A DNA stretch of 64,000 bases from assembly GCA_051362555.1 (NCBI GenBank), contig CM120644.1:4224954-4288953 (forward strand), in the 5' to 3' direction. Of the stretch, positions 26,303-39,405 are shown piece by piece. Position numbers and translations under genes: made by a program. Numbering within the stretch: the first letter of the stretch is position 1; the number at the start of each line of letters is the position of its first letter. Origin of the DNA: Lingula anatina. Taxonomy: Eukaryota; Animalia; Brachiopoda. The notes beneath the pieces are model-generated. The model ran no database searches and was not told where the DNA came from. It was given only the letters and a program-made list of their open reading frames with translations.

Positions 26303-28285
26303 TTTGGTTTTCGAACATGTAAGACAACGAAATGGACCAATTCTATTGACCGAGATTTATGAACATAAATCTGCTATACGCTAAATGCAATTAATCTGTT
26401 ACCATATATTGTCGTTTTTATTGTAGCACATGTATAGTGCACTGTTTAGTAATTGCTCGGATAAAAAGAAGTTTAATTTAATACTGACTAATCTTACTCG
26501 AAACGAGCATCAGTACATTACGAGATTATCACAAGGCGTTTTTTATATGGACTTAATTGTCATGCGTGTCACGTGGTGACAGTCTGCAAGGGATGTCTCC
26601 CAGAGACTGGTCCCACAGATGTGCTAGTTGGTATAACTGAGGAAAATACGACTGGATGAATTAAAACATATACTTTGGTTCAGTTATTCCCTTTGGTAAT
26701 ATTCCTTATTCATGGCTGTTGCCAATAGTACTAGAATGTTGATTTCACCTCATTCCGTGGTAAGAGGGCAAACTACTAGTACCAAAACTGGCCAAAGACA
26801 CACCACCTCACCATCCTCTCAAGATGTACCCGTTATGAGTGAGCTAAGGATAACAATCAGTCTGCCAAATATAGCCTAATAACAGATTCCATTGATGATA
26901 GAGTTACTATTAACACTTGTTAGTATTTGTGGCTTAGCTTGTTATCACTCTGCTTAATTTGATATATTACCTTAAAGCAGTTGCTATGTTAACGTTATTT
27001 GCGAGACATACCCTAATCACTTGGCACATATTGCGATACTCAGACCAAGAGAGACGTCTCCATAATTGGACTATCAGAGCAGTCAGGAAACCTAAGCCCC
27101 CATCCTAAAACGGTAAGGGTTGCGCGGCTCGCTCTCAGCCTAGGCCTTCTTGTGAACATGAATTTTCTTAAAAAAATCCATCTCATTTGTGGTCCTTTTC
27201 CCCTCCATCTTTGCTAAAACTTTAATTATATCTAAAGTAAGTTATATGTAAGTTATTTACCATTCATGATTATCAATCACAGACTTATTTTCAATTCGAT
27301 TCAATTTATTTCTGTACTGGTACATAAATGATCACGAGCTTATACAATATAAAATTATAACAACGATGCAACTGGTGCATTACCGTTACCTAATTGGTAA
27401 TTGTGTTGTCAGTTCGTGATTGAACAAATATATATCTTTATATAATGAACAAATGTACTAGTTAAGTAAATAATAAAATATTCAAGCTAGGCGGTGAGAT
27501 GCATGTACATGTATAACTTCTTGTGAGATTTTATATTTACCATAAACACAATTCGTGAAACATATGGATACAATAACATGTTACACAATATAGAGTGGTT
27601 CAAATTTACAAGATGGGGATGGAAAACAACACTTAAAGAAATACTGTAGATAAGTAAATAACAATGTTACACAGATTTATACATAAATATTGTTACTCTT
27701 TACCATGTGCCATGTTTAGTATCACTTATAGTTAAATGTTTGCAACATTTTGTGTGTATTAATCAAAGTACAAATGTCACTAAAATCACATTTAAACTAA
27801 CAACTATATGATTCTGTTGTATTTAAGAAAAAAAAAAACATTTTTACAGCAAAATTACCTCAGATACTCCTCCCAATTAAACATTTCTACATCGTATAGC
27901 CTGATATTCTGACATTCCGGTAAAAGATAGTTGAAAAGAATCCACAGATCATTTGTAATGATACAGGTACTTGCTTAAAGATGGTTAAATATATGGGTAG
28001 TAATTTTATCTCATTCATGTTTTTGGCATAAGTAAGGGCGGCGAGATTACTAAGTGGGCAATTCATTCATGTTCATTGCTTCATTGTTTGTGAGTTCACG
28101 AGAAGGCAACATACTGTTACTATAGAAAAACGTTTTAGAGTTGCCGGATACCAAAATAATAGAACATATTTATATGTAAGGGAAACAAATTTGAAACAAA
28201 ATACCGAAATTCTTTTTCCGCATGACGTGAACACTGTTTAGGTCCTAATTCAACAGTCCAAACAATCAAGTTTCAAACTTGATTT

Positions 28286-29728
28286 TCATTGGGCGTGGGG
28301 ATTTCCTTTCTCTTCTCCTGTTGCCATCGTTACCAGCTTCACGGTTGTGTCAGCGTAGTCCCTGGCTTGAGCATCAGTTACCCTATTGGTGCCGTAGTCA
28401 AGATTATAGCAGAAGCGGCCACGGAACTTGTGCAGAGTGTGCATAAACGGAACAGAATACTCGTGACATGCAGCTGACGTCACTATCCTCGTGGCATCAA
28501 CCTCGTCGCGTCCAGCACTCGGAGGACAATATTTATCGCAGTCGCCGATGTTTGAGAAACCAAATTCAAACTGACATGAAGGTTTCGTTACTATGCGCTT
28601 AGTGATGCGGTCGAAAAAGGATTGGGCTTTGAATATTCTGTAACCTTGCATGATATCGCCATTGTTAAGCTTTGTATGAATAGCTTCGGTGGCCTTTCTT
28701 GCAACATTCCAAAATGAACTGTAGGTGGCGGCAACTGGGGTGGTCAAATTAATGTCAACTATACATGCGAACAGCCCAAAAATATCTCGTGATTCTGGTG
28801 GTAGAAAACGCCGCATGTTAACAGGATGAGTTGAACCAATGTTGAAAGTGCGCGGTGTTTCTCCTTTACTCATGATGTTCACTAAAGCTATCGATGCAGC
28901 AGCAACAAAAGCACCGTGAACAGTGACTTTGTGATCCTTGCACTTCGCTATAACTCTTTCCGTTTCCAGAATTGAGAATACCAACGCTAGCGACTTTGTG
29001 CAGCCTCCTTGTGATGACGATTGTGGGAAGTATGTCATGAACAGGCTTTCCTTTGGAAGACATTCTTTATACAGTATTCTTGCCATTTGACAATAGTCAG
29101 ACCATCTTATTGTCATCTCATCCCGAGGCAGGAGGTCTTCTAAAGCTGGCCGAACCTCTATCACATCACCATCATCGCAGGTTCCACCCGTTATCACTGA
29201 GTTCAGGATACCAATCAGCCTGTCTAACATGGCTAAATTAGAGATACCATCGATGATGGAGTGATGGATACCAAATACGATTGTGTAGCTGAAGAGAGCG
29301 CTGTCACACGAAGTAAAACCATCTCCTTCTGTGCAAACGAGAGGTTTGCGCAGGATTTTTACCTTCCAAAGCGGCCCATTCGTTGTATCGAATGTAACGC
29401 GCATCATGTTTTCGTGCACGTTCTTCCATTCATCAGCTGTAGCCACATGTAAGATCTCAAAATCTAAACGGGGGTCGTCCATGAACTTGAAATGTCGCTT
29501 ACCATCTTGCCAACATAAAGCCAGTCGAAGATGAGCAATGTTTCTCTGAAGACGTTGAAGGCAAACTCTCCAAATTTCATCAGTTAACAAACTCTTTGAA
29601 ACTATCCACGAGGTGAAGGCAATAGTGGAGATATTTGACTCGTGCATGATAGCAAAAGTGTTTTCTAACCCTTGCAATGGGCGAATGGCCTTATTTGAGA
29701 CAATAGGTTGTGTCACTTCTGTAGCCAT
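28286..29728 (-). CDS. CoA-dependent acyltransferase / condensation-domain superfamily protein (alcohol acetyltransferase/PapA5-like), 480 aa
   Basis: Uninterrupted ORF; HHSIIDG matches HHxxxDG; RPL..LE..F N-terminus, GPLWKV, CKDHKVTVHGA, PVNMRRFL and FSNIG motifs; tttcag acceptor 12 nt upstream of the ATG suggests a 5'UTR intron. Confidence 0.88.
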   Translation of the reverse strand: MATEVTQPIVSNKAIRPLQGLENTFAIMHESNISTIAFTSWIVSKSLLTDEIWRVCLQRLQRNIAHLRLALCWQDGKRHFKFMDDPRLDFEILHVATADEWKNVHENMMRVTFDTTNGPLWKVKILRKPLVCTEGDGFTSCDSALFSYTIVFGIHHSIIDGISNLAMLDRLIGILNSVITGGTCDDGDVIEVRPALEDLLPRDEMTIRWSDYCQMARILYKECLPKESLFMTYFPQSSSQGGCTKSLALVFSILETERVIAKCKDHKVTVHGAFVAAASIALVNIMSKGETPRTFNIGSTHPVNMRRFLPPESRDIFGLFACIVDINLTTPVAATYSSFWNVARKATEAIHTKLNNGDIMQGYRIFKAQSFFDRITKRIVTKPSCQFEFGFSNIGDCDKYCPPSAGRDEVDATRIVTSAACHEYSVPFMHTLHKFRGRFCYNLDYGTNRVTDAQARDYADTTVKLVTMATGEEKGNPHAQ

Positions 29729-30725
29729 TTTTATTTGACTCTGAAATGGAATAAATTAATAAAGTGTGGCTTGCACCCACTAGATCATTCATATATATAT
29801 ATGAAGACACGTGTTAGATGACTGCACCAGTTAGATGAAATGGAAGGGAGGTGCGAACATTCCCAATTTTACGAAATAATTTATTTGAATTTTATGCCAA
29901 AGTATTCTGAATGTGTCGATACATTTGTACCTACCTTCAATGCCACGTCCGCTAGCGCTGTCCTTTCCCGCAGATAAAATATCATTTACTTTGCTGCACA
30001 CAAATGTTAAACTATTTGGTCACTTTTGACGCACTAAATGGAGTAATGACATGCAGGGAGACATTAGAGGGGTAAAAAAATCGGTACATATGTCAAAAGC
30101 GGAATGTGTCCAGTATTAATGTGAGGTCTGCTTGCTGTACAACGGCCAAGGTTTGTAAGACTGGGACATGAATATTTTTGGAATTTTTCGATTGGCTACT
30201 ACAGGATATTTTTGTATATTTTACACTGTATTTTCGAGTCGCCGAGAAGTTACCTCGTGCGTTTTGCAAATTACGCAAATTAGAATTCAGCTGGATCTTC
30301 TCCCCCTTTTTTATTTCTGCTTTATATCAAGAGGCTTAAGCTTAAGTGGTGAAGTAAACGCATATACTAATTACAGATCCTCGTCAGGATGGCTAAAGAA
30401 AAACGAAGTCAGGAAACACATTGTGCCTTCTCCTCCCTGTTTCTTCTTAATTTTTTACCTTTGAACACCCCTTCAGCCTCCCCTCGCTGTATGTTTGTCC
30501 TGCCCTCCCAAACCTTTATTCCATTATATTGAGCTGACCGGTCGTTGACCCGTGTCAGTGAAAAGTCACAGTAGAATTACCATATGGAGTAAACATTGTA
30601 AATTGGTCACTCCTAGGCTACGAGGCAACACGAGTACTGAGTCAAATAGCTGATATACACGGTTTTCAATATTTCATCGTCTTATTTATCCCATTAAGGG
30701 GCAAGTAAGACTTTACCAAATAACC

Positions 30726-32112
30726 ATGCGACTCACAAGTTCAGTTTGGTGTAATACTGGATTCTTCAGAAGATTTGCAGCGGATTTTAAACTTGTCCGT
30801 GGCCTGGCGAACCAGCCCCAGCATTTTAAGAAAGTAAGTTGATATAGAGAATGTACTATCTGAACACATACAATGTAACATAGTGCTATGTTTCTCGAGT
30901 CTCCAAAGCTACGTTATTCTATTCAAACTCGATGTTCCGTTTTCTGGAACACTAACAGCATGGAAACAGCTGAAGAACACAAGGGGTGTGTATTCTTGCA
31001 TTCAAGATGGAAGTTGATTTATCAAAATTCCAAAAGTGAAAAAAATGCAATGATAGCCCTGCAAGCCACTGACTTTATTATTGCAAAACCCCACACTATT
31101 TTGGAAGGTTTAAACCAATCTAACCAAGGGGGGAGTCGAAAGGCCAATTTACAGGTTTTAGTAAACATTTCAGATGCCCATTGATTACCCACCGGTCACT
31201 GGATCCAGCCACTGGAGACGGAAAGTGCGCACATGTTTCAACTGCTTAGATTCAAATTCTGACGGCTGTATTACAAGAGAAGACTGGGTGGCAACCGCTA
31301 ACAGGACTGTCCAGTTTTTAAGCCTTGATGGTAATTGACTAATATGACATGGAATACACTTATATTATCATCATCATTAATTTTACTTAATCGATTTTAA
31401 ATGCTAAAAAATACTGTTAGAATTGAGGAAGGGTATATTCATTGAATCTCTTAAACTTTGATTCCTTTTTGTAAAAATAAAACATCGATTTAACTTGACA
31501 TATATCTTCAAACGTGTGTGTGTGTGTACGTGTTCATGTATGAGCATCATCATAAGTTAAACATACTCGATTAGAATGCTGTAATAATACGGCTAGAAAT
31601 GAGGAGGTGTATAAACACTGTAATTCTTAAAGTTCGATTCGATTTTGTGAAAATTAGACACAAATTTAGCTTAACATATATCTTTAACTGTTTCAGAAAA
31701 GCAAGCTGACGTCATACTTAAGCAACGCCTGGGCATCTGGGAACGTTATGTGCAAAGTTTAAGGGATGACATTTCTGCCAAGATGATAGAGGACGAATAC
31801 GTAAAGGAAAGTTTGTCGATGGTTAACCAACTTAGCTATCGACGTGAACTACTTCCCAGCATCATCACCGTGGAATTCAATGCCATGGATGTTGATGGCG
31901 ATGGTCGTATATCTAAGGAAGAGCATGCTGCTTTTTTCTACAGCATACGTGCCCCAGTTGATGCTTCGAAGAGAGTCTTCAATGTGATGGATAGCAATAA
32001 GGCTGGGTTTATATCCATGGAAGAATTTGCAGAAGGGTATATGGAGTATTGGCTAACGGAAGATCCAAATAATAAATACAATATGTTCTTTGGCCCCCTT
32101 GTCAAAATGTAA
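30726..32112 (+). CDS. EF-hand protein B1 with short presequence-like exon (226 aa)
   Basis: Exons 30726-30833 (MRLTSSVWCNTGFFRRFAADFKLVRGLANQPQHFKK, gtaagt), 31174-31330 (MPIDYP..., DSNSDGCITRED), 31697-32112. Confidence 0.85.
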
Positions 32113-32140
32113 CTAGCTTCTTCCGTAACCAATGTTTGCA

Positions 32141-32217
<77 letters not shown>

Positions 32218-34192
32218 CATTTTTTGCGTACATAAAGTGAGCTTTTGAAGACACAGTCGCCATCACTAAATACTTTAAACTAATTCGTGTAGATACATGT
32301 ATGTTGGGGTTTAATACATGAGGTCAAATACAAGATAACAGCCTGATATTCGTTACCACTGCATAATACTTACACTTGGCTACGTAAATATGAAATGTTA
32401 TGCATACATTCCTATATGAAGGTATTCTTTTATTATAAGTACGGTTGATTTGGTTTCTTGTACGTAATTACGAAAATAAAATCAGATCAAATATCAGCAT
32501 TTTGTATTGTTTTGATGTTTTCATACATGTTAATATGTAGAAAAACAATGTTAACACCGGAAAGCTGTAAAGGTGCTATAACTCGGTTTCTTGACATAAA
32601 GTAAAAATTAAGCTATACTCCTCTGCAATATTATGCAGGTAGTTTCAAAAATTACAAACACTGTAGAACAAGATAATCTAACAGGCACTTCCAACACCAA
32701 AACAAGAGGAACTTTTTCCTTTTGAACATATTGAAAAATAAAACACTGTTATTGCCTTATTACACAATTCTAGAAAAAAAAGTTGTTGGGGGAGCGAAAT
32801 TATAATTGTGTCTTATGTTTGAAAATAATTTAATTTTATAGTACTTAAGATGGCAATATACCTAGCACATTTTTGAACCTGATTCTTATTGAATATACAT
32901 ACGTGTAGTCGTTATCATCTAGCGTGCTAGGGATGATACAGCTCAGCTGTTGTGTGGAGCAATGAAAGGTACGTTGCATAGGGCAAATATATTCCAATAC
33001 CTGAAGTAGGGAGACACAATGTATCGTTTATAAAGGGCTGCTATGTTCTTCAGTGACCGATACTCTGACCACAAAGCCATTCGGTAGGTTTTAATGCGTT
33101 TTGTTAATTCTATTTGAACTGCATGCTTTACGTTACCATGTTCACGTTACATGTACCATGTTTTTCACTGAGGGGCATGAACGTTAGAGTTGTCGCAATA
33201 CATGTACATATATGTTGAAATAAGTGGTATACCGTCTTTATCCTGATCAGGATTCAATACCCCTGTACTCTTCTTCTTTTATTTCTATTCACTCGAGTTC
33301 TTTCCACAAGTAAAAAAAAATTGTTCAACGGTCTACTGAAGAACAAAGAACGTCGACATCCCGCATTATACAAATGTAATGTAATATAGGCTGGTGGCCT
33401 AAATTTACGAAATAAACACCATTATACCAAGTGAACATGAGGCGGCTGACATGAATGTAGGTACAGTCTTGATAAGCAAGGCCAAGGAAGGGGGGGGGGG
33501 CACTAACAACAAAATGTATAATTATGTAAAGGTTACTTCTGAAAAAAAAATTTTGATGATAATTCCATCGCGAAGATAGCTTTTTTGATGAAAGGGCAGT
33601 ATGACATGCATGACGCCATGCCAAGTACGGTATTGACTCAATTCAAGGTTGATCTGTTGAATATTTGGTAAATTCACAGGGGACATACGATCCTAAAATT
33701 CAAGCGTCCGGTTGTGACCGAGGCTTAAGACAGCACGATTCCTAGCTACCCTTTGTTAGCCCTGAAAATTCACCACCATAAGATGTATATATCCAAGACA
33801 GGGGATGTCCTGTTCTCATAACCGTAGATTCGATGATAAACCTTTCTATATTCAAACTAACACATTCATCTAGAGGCGCTCAGTGACAAAAAATGCGAGA
33901 AAAGATTGTGGACCGAAATGTTGTGTTTCACTGGTGTTATTCAGTCTCTTTGTGACGAACAATTATATTTTATCATCCTATCTGGAGACCACGAAAAATC
34001 TCTTTCATAGCCAATGTAAGTTTGAAATTGTGAGTCAGGTCACGTTCATTTTATGGCGTAATACCTTCATTTGTGTGAATATACAGGTAGGACGTTCTTT
34101 GTAGTCTTTTAACATTCGTGCGGAGATTTTGCTCGAATTGAGTTGAGTTTAGCTGAAGGATTCGTTATTTATCCAGTTTTACTATTGCCAAA

Positions 34193-35721
34193 ATGTCTAA
34201 GCTTTTCCAAAATAGTTGGGGATTATTGAGAATTGTGCAGTCAAGATGGGGATTGGTACGAACCACGCCATCTAACCAGATATTATTGAAAAAAGGTCCG
34301 CAGAGTGGATTAGTGCTAGGATGTACACCCTGTATGCAATCAGCTCGAGAACTGACCGGCCAAGTGACCAACCAACCGATCCGCTTTAAGAATGTAAGTA
34401 GAAATTAGGTAGTCAGTAAGGATGGCAAAATTCACAACGGGGTCATCTCCAGAATATAACACTGGTAAAACAATCTGATCTCTTTATCCCGTATGTTCAA
34501 GTATTTGCAAATTATCCTATCTACCTAACTTCTAGACGTACCCTGTACACGCAGTATTGTAACTAGCCTGTAGCTGAGCTATCGCTTAGGCCAAATTGTA
34601 AAGTCAGGTTGGTTGTCCCAACATTTGCCTATTTGAGAGAAGATTATTGAATATTAAGGTATTTTTATGCGGAACGTCTAGCGGTGTGGGTTGGAGGTGC
34701 AAATTACTGTACGTTTACTGTGCGTTTGGGCCTGCAATCTTTGTGAACTACGCAATGGCGGCTTCTGAGTCCTCGGATGCAAAATAACCCAGACAATTAA
34801 TATTTATGACGCAGATAATGAAAAAACAGTACTCGTTTTGAACAAGATGGAATAAAAAACAACTTTTTGTCTCTTGTGTATTTTACGGCCATTAATGCAC
34901 ATGTTCTTTGTTGTCAACAAGCTAGATGCCGACCGATTACCCGCCGGTTACTGCATCTGATCACTTGAGACGAAAGACACGAACAGTATTTAATTGCTTC
35001 GATTCGAACAACGACGGCATCATTACAAAGGAAGACTTCGAGGCCAGCGCCAGGCGTACCATAGAACATCTGAAACTCAATGGTATATTTTGAATTCCAT
35101 CTGAATTTGATTAATCTGGGCTCTCAAAAGAATTTCGTGTAGTAAATACGATCATAATATTCCATGACTCCTTTCTGCCCCGGATCCGTCTCACTGTTTT
35201 TCTCCTTAAGACCGCATAGATGTCCTTTTCATTAAAGCTTTATTTTGAAACATTTTTGCAATATCAAACATTTTTATTTAAATTAGTTTGAGAAAACTTG
35301 TCCCCCTTTTTTAGCTGAACAAGCAGCAAATATACTTAAACAGCGCCTTGAAATGTGGGAGTTTGTGTCCAGAGATTCCAAAGATGCTTCTCAAGTAACA
35401 GAGGAGGAATTTGTGGGCTTTGATCCTTCGGTCCTCAATCAAAGTACCTACCGGAAAGAGTTCTTCCCAATGTATGTGTCCATGGGTTTCAAGGTCATGG
35501 ACATTGATGGTGATGGTCTTGTAACAAAGGATGAACACGCTGCTTATTTCTACAGCATGAACGTCCCTGTTGAAGAATCGAAGAAGATTTTTGACGTGAT
35601 GGACGCCAACAAGGACGGTTTCATATCCATTGATGAGTACGCGCATGCGTATGCGGAGTTTCTTTTCACTGATGATCCAAATAACAAATATAATGGGTTT
35701 TTCGGTCCTTTAGTTGATTGA
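34193..35721 (+). CDS. EF-hand protein C1 with presequence-like exon (254 aa)
   Basis: Exons 34193-34393 (MSKLFQNSW...IRFKN, gtaagt), 34926-35082 (MPTDYP...), 35315-35721; open frame. Confidence 0.87.
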
Positions 35722-35994
35722 AGGACTCATTTTAAATTCGATGAAGGTGACTTAATATCGGTACATGTGTAATGTGAAAGATATACAATCTAGCGCAAAA
35801 ACTTCCGCCGTTTGTTGGAAGACGCACCGTTACTTTTTGATGGTAATATAGTCTTATTCTTTGACACATATGAATTAACGTGACCTAAAATACCATCTGT
35901 AATGGATTTATTTGTATACCATACGTGATTTTTCACAAGTATGATGCTTACAGACTCCAAACCCAGATTATGGAAATACTAGTGTATGCATTCA

Positions 35995-36072
35995 TAATAT
36001 AATATAATATAATATAATATAATATAATATAATATAATATAATATAATATAATATAATATAATATAATATAT
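35995..36072. repeat. (AATAT)n pentanucleotide microsatellite 3' of every C-type gene (also 41368-41420, 51852-51907, 54712-54790, 60923-60978)
   Basis: Direct inspection; equivalent position ~250-280 bp after each stop codon. Confidence 0.95.
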
Positions 36073-37476
36073 GCACTTGTAGTATAAAGACATGATAAGC
36101 ATGATTAAAAAGGGTTCGAATGTGATTTATAATTTTTAGGATTCAGAAACGAGCAGGTGGTGCCCAGACTTTCGTGTTTGCTTGGGTCCAGATTCCCATT
36201 CAGTTTTAGTTTTATGACATTTGACATCCATTTAAATTCTGCCACCCATTTTCGCCAACTATTTTCAAAGACTGTGAATCTCCAGAGATGACCTAAAGAG
36301 GGGAGATTCGGACAGAAATACTGGTAAAACAGCGTGGTGCGGCAAAAAATGTCATCCATGTGCTTGTAATTTAGGTTGTGTTCTGCACTAGTAGATCCAT
36401 TACAATCTAACAGTACCAGTATACCTCGCTTTGTGTGCTTGTATTGTATTGCTTTCAGAAACGATAATGACGGAGATAAAAGCCTCAGCTTGTTATTGAA
36501 ACGTTAACCTCGCCTTGCGCCGATGCACGTGTGTTACTTATTTTAAACGACGCAACACAGTGCCTGGATCCTTTTATGCTAACCTGGACGATTTCCTTTG
36601 GTTTGAACGCCTTTTCCTCCTCCCACGGGAGAGCTTACACTTCTTGACATAGACTGGGTTCCCATACTCAGATCGGTCCATCTAGATCGACGTAACTCCC
36701 TGAGGGTTCACGCTAAATTGCTATCAGCTCAAGAGGATTAAATGTCTGTCTCGCCCACCGAATCAGCTAGGGGTAAAGATAATTACCCCCTAACAGATTT
36801 ACTAGGCGTGACAGACGTTTAAGCCCATTAGTTAATAGCAGTTAAGTGAGAGTCCCCAGGGAGATAGATCGATCCAAATATCCGTGGAAATGGTCCCATG
36901 GTCAGCCTTCTTCCATGAAACAGCGCACATCCCTTAATTCATTTGCTGTTGTGTCAGGAATGGCAGTCCTAGGAACTGAAGTCTGTGTTCTACAAAATTA
37001 GCACAAGTAAGGGTTAGACGGAGTATTGGGGTTGATATAATTTATGGGACAAATGTTGCCTGTACCCTGTACAAAGTAATGGGGAACAGACTAGTGTACT
37101 GCCATACCAGTACCATTACTAATTCACCGGTGAAACGAAACTGAGGGTCCGCCCTCCATGGTTAGTCTGACCAGGGCCCGTATTTCAGAATATCCCTTTA
37201 GCGTTAAGGGAGACTTAAAGTCGACCTTATACGAAATTTGTATTCCAAGACCTTTCTTTATCTCACTTGAAAGGGATCACTTAACAATCATCCTTAGCAA
37301 AGGCTGAGGATTCCTTAAAATGTAAAATGTAAGGTTGGTCTTAAAATGTAAGGTTGGTCTGGAGTAACTTTTAGTCTTCCTTAAGCAGCCATCGTGTACA
37401 GTTATATTGTGAAAATCAGCTCTATGGAGGACTATGTAAACCAACATGCCTACCTAAATTCAAAATCATTAAATTC

Positions 37477-37918
37477 AGCTAGAAAAGCACTCCGAAAAGC
37501 ACTCCGCCAAGACAGCAAAGTCTCCACCCAATTTTCTTTCTATAATGATTTGGTTTTTTGATTTTTGATTATTGATTGATTATTGATCCGGATCACCACC
37601 AAAAACCAATCATCTGTTCCTTGGTCCACTTGTGACAGTTCCGGAAAATTTCATCACAATCGTCCCATAACTTTTTGAGTTATTTTGATTATTGATGATT
37701 GATTGATTATTGATCTTGATCACCACCAAAAACTAATCACGTCTAATACAACCCATTTCTGACCTACCCTGATAATTTTATAAAAATCGGCCCGTAACTT
37801 TTTGAGTTATGTTGATGACAAACAAACAAACAGACAGACAGACAATTAAGACAGACGGACAGACAGACAGACAGACAAGCAAACAGGGGTGAAAACAACC
37901 GCCTTGGCGGAAGTAATA
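37477..37918 (-). mobile_element. Helentron-associated (HINE/DINE-1-like) non-autonomous element
   Basis: Minus strand begins tattacttccgccaagg, carries a (GTCT)n tract and ends cttggcggagtgc...ttttctag; subterminal inverted repeat ccgccaag/cttggcgg. Confidence 0.65.
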
Positions 37919-39405
37919 CATTTGATCGAGGATAGGCTTTTCTCTGTTAACTAGTTGCATCAGTAGCTGCTTTTCGATATCAGAAAAGGGTCTACGACTT
38001 TGGTTTTCTCATCCTCCAAACCATTCTTTTCTCCTCTTGGCATACTTGCTTTATTAACTAAATTTGGCTTAGATCAAAACATCCACATGCAGTGATAATG
38101 TCCACTTGAGCTGTTGCATGACTGAAGTTAAGCAGTTGACCCCAATTATACAACCTTACTGAGGCGTTTATAAGAGGAAGGTGTCACAAAGGCCTATTCT
38201 AGCCAATGAGGAGCTCCTTTATGTCAGTGTCCCTTACATAAAGAATGACTTTTGTCAAAGTAATTCTTCATCAAAGGAGAGGCTAAAGTGTGGTCTTTGA
38301 ATACCATTTCGTTAGGACTTCCTTTACCAAGAAACACCTCATCAAAGGAAGCCTTTATAAAAGTTGACCTGATGCCTATTTTAATGAACATCTTGGAATA
38401 CGATATAATTCGCTGGTCTGACCTTAGTGGGTCAAAATCTAGGGCGAGGACCACCTGTACAAATGAATAGGAAGCGGGCTCATTGTTATGGGGGGATTTC
38501 TGTCACGTCACACCGCCGTGGGAAAAGCAACGGTTAAAACATGATTCATCCACTGCATGCATAATACCGTTACAAGATGTGTGTGTTGCATACAGTTGGC
38601 GACGAGTATCAGTACGCGCTTCGAAGTATCAGACGTGACACCGCTCTTGTTTAGTACGCGATGTGATGGTGGTGATTATCAGCGGGGTTAGTAATTAGTG
38701 CATCTCATCTCAAAACTTGTTCCGCGGTATGATACCTTGAAGTGCATACTGACGCACACCTTGAAAACGGGCATTAATTGTGATCCGATCTACCGGTGAA
38801 TTCGGGATCAATCGGTGCCGAGTCTGGTAGTTGGGTAGACATGATAGATACAGAATCTATTTAATCATCCATTTCATAAAAAAATATAGCAACACACAAT
38901 CGTTAAATGTGTTTTTGAATTTATGAAATATACAACTGTATAAATTGTTGTTTATATCAAATCCTTGTCCTTATACGTAGGGAGGGGTTTTAGAAATTTC
39001 GAATGGAGCTATGACCACCACCTACATGTAGCTACGATAGTGCTATGTTTCCTGGGCGTCGGATTCCTGCGCGAATATACAACCCTCGCCCCAGACAAGG
39101 TCCAGATAGATGGTGGACCGAAATGTTGTGTTTCACTGGTGTTATTTAGTCTCTTTGCAAAAAAACAAATATATTTTATCATCCTATCTGGAGACGTCAA
39201 AAATCTCATTCATAGCCAATGTAAGTTTGATATTGTGAGTCAAGTCACGTTCATTTTATAATGCAATACCTTCATTTGTGTGAATATACAGGCAGGACGT
39301 CCTTTGTAGTCGAACAGCCTTTTAACATACGTGCTGAGATATTGCTTGAATCGAGTTGAGTTTAGCCGAAGGATTCGTTATTTATCCAGTTTTACTATTG
39401 CCAAA

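Noticed and set aside
38224-38454. Possible transposase remnant near a gggcccgtatt terminus at ~37173
   Set aside because: No convincing motif and no matching second terminus found
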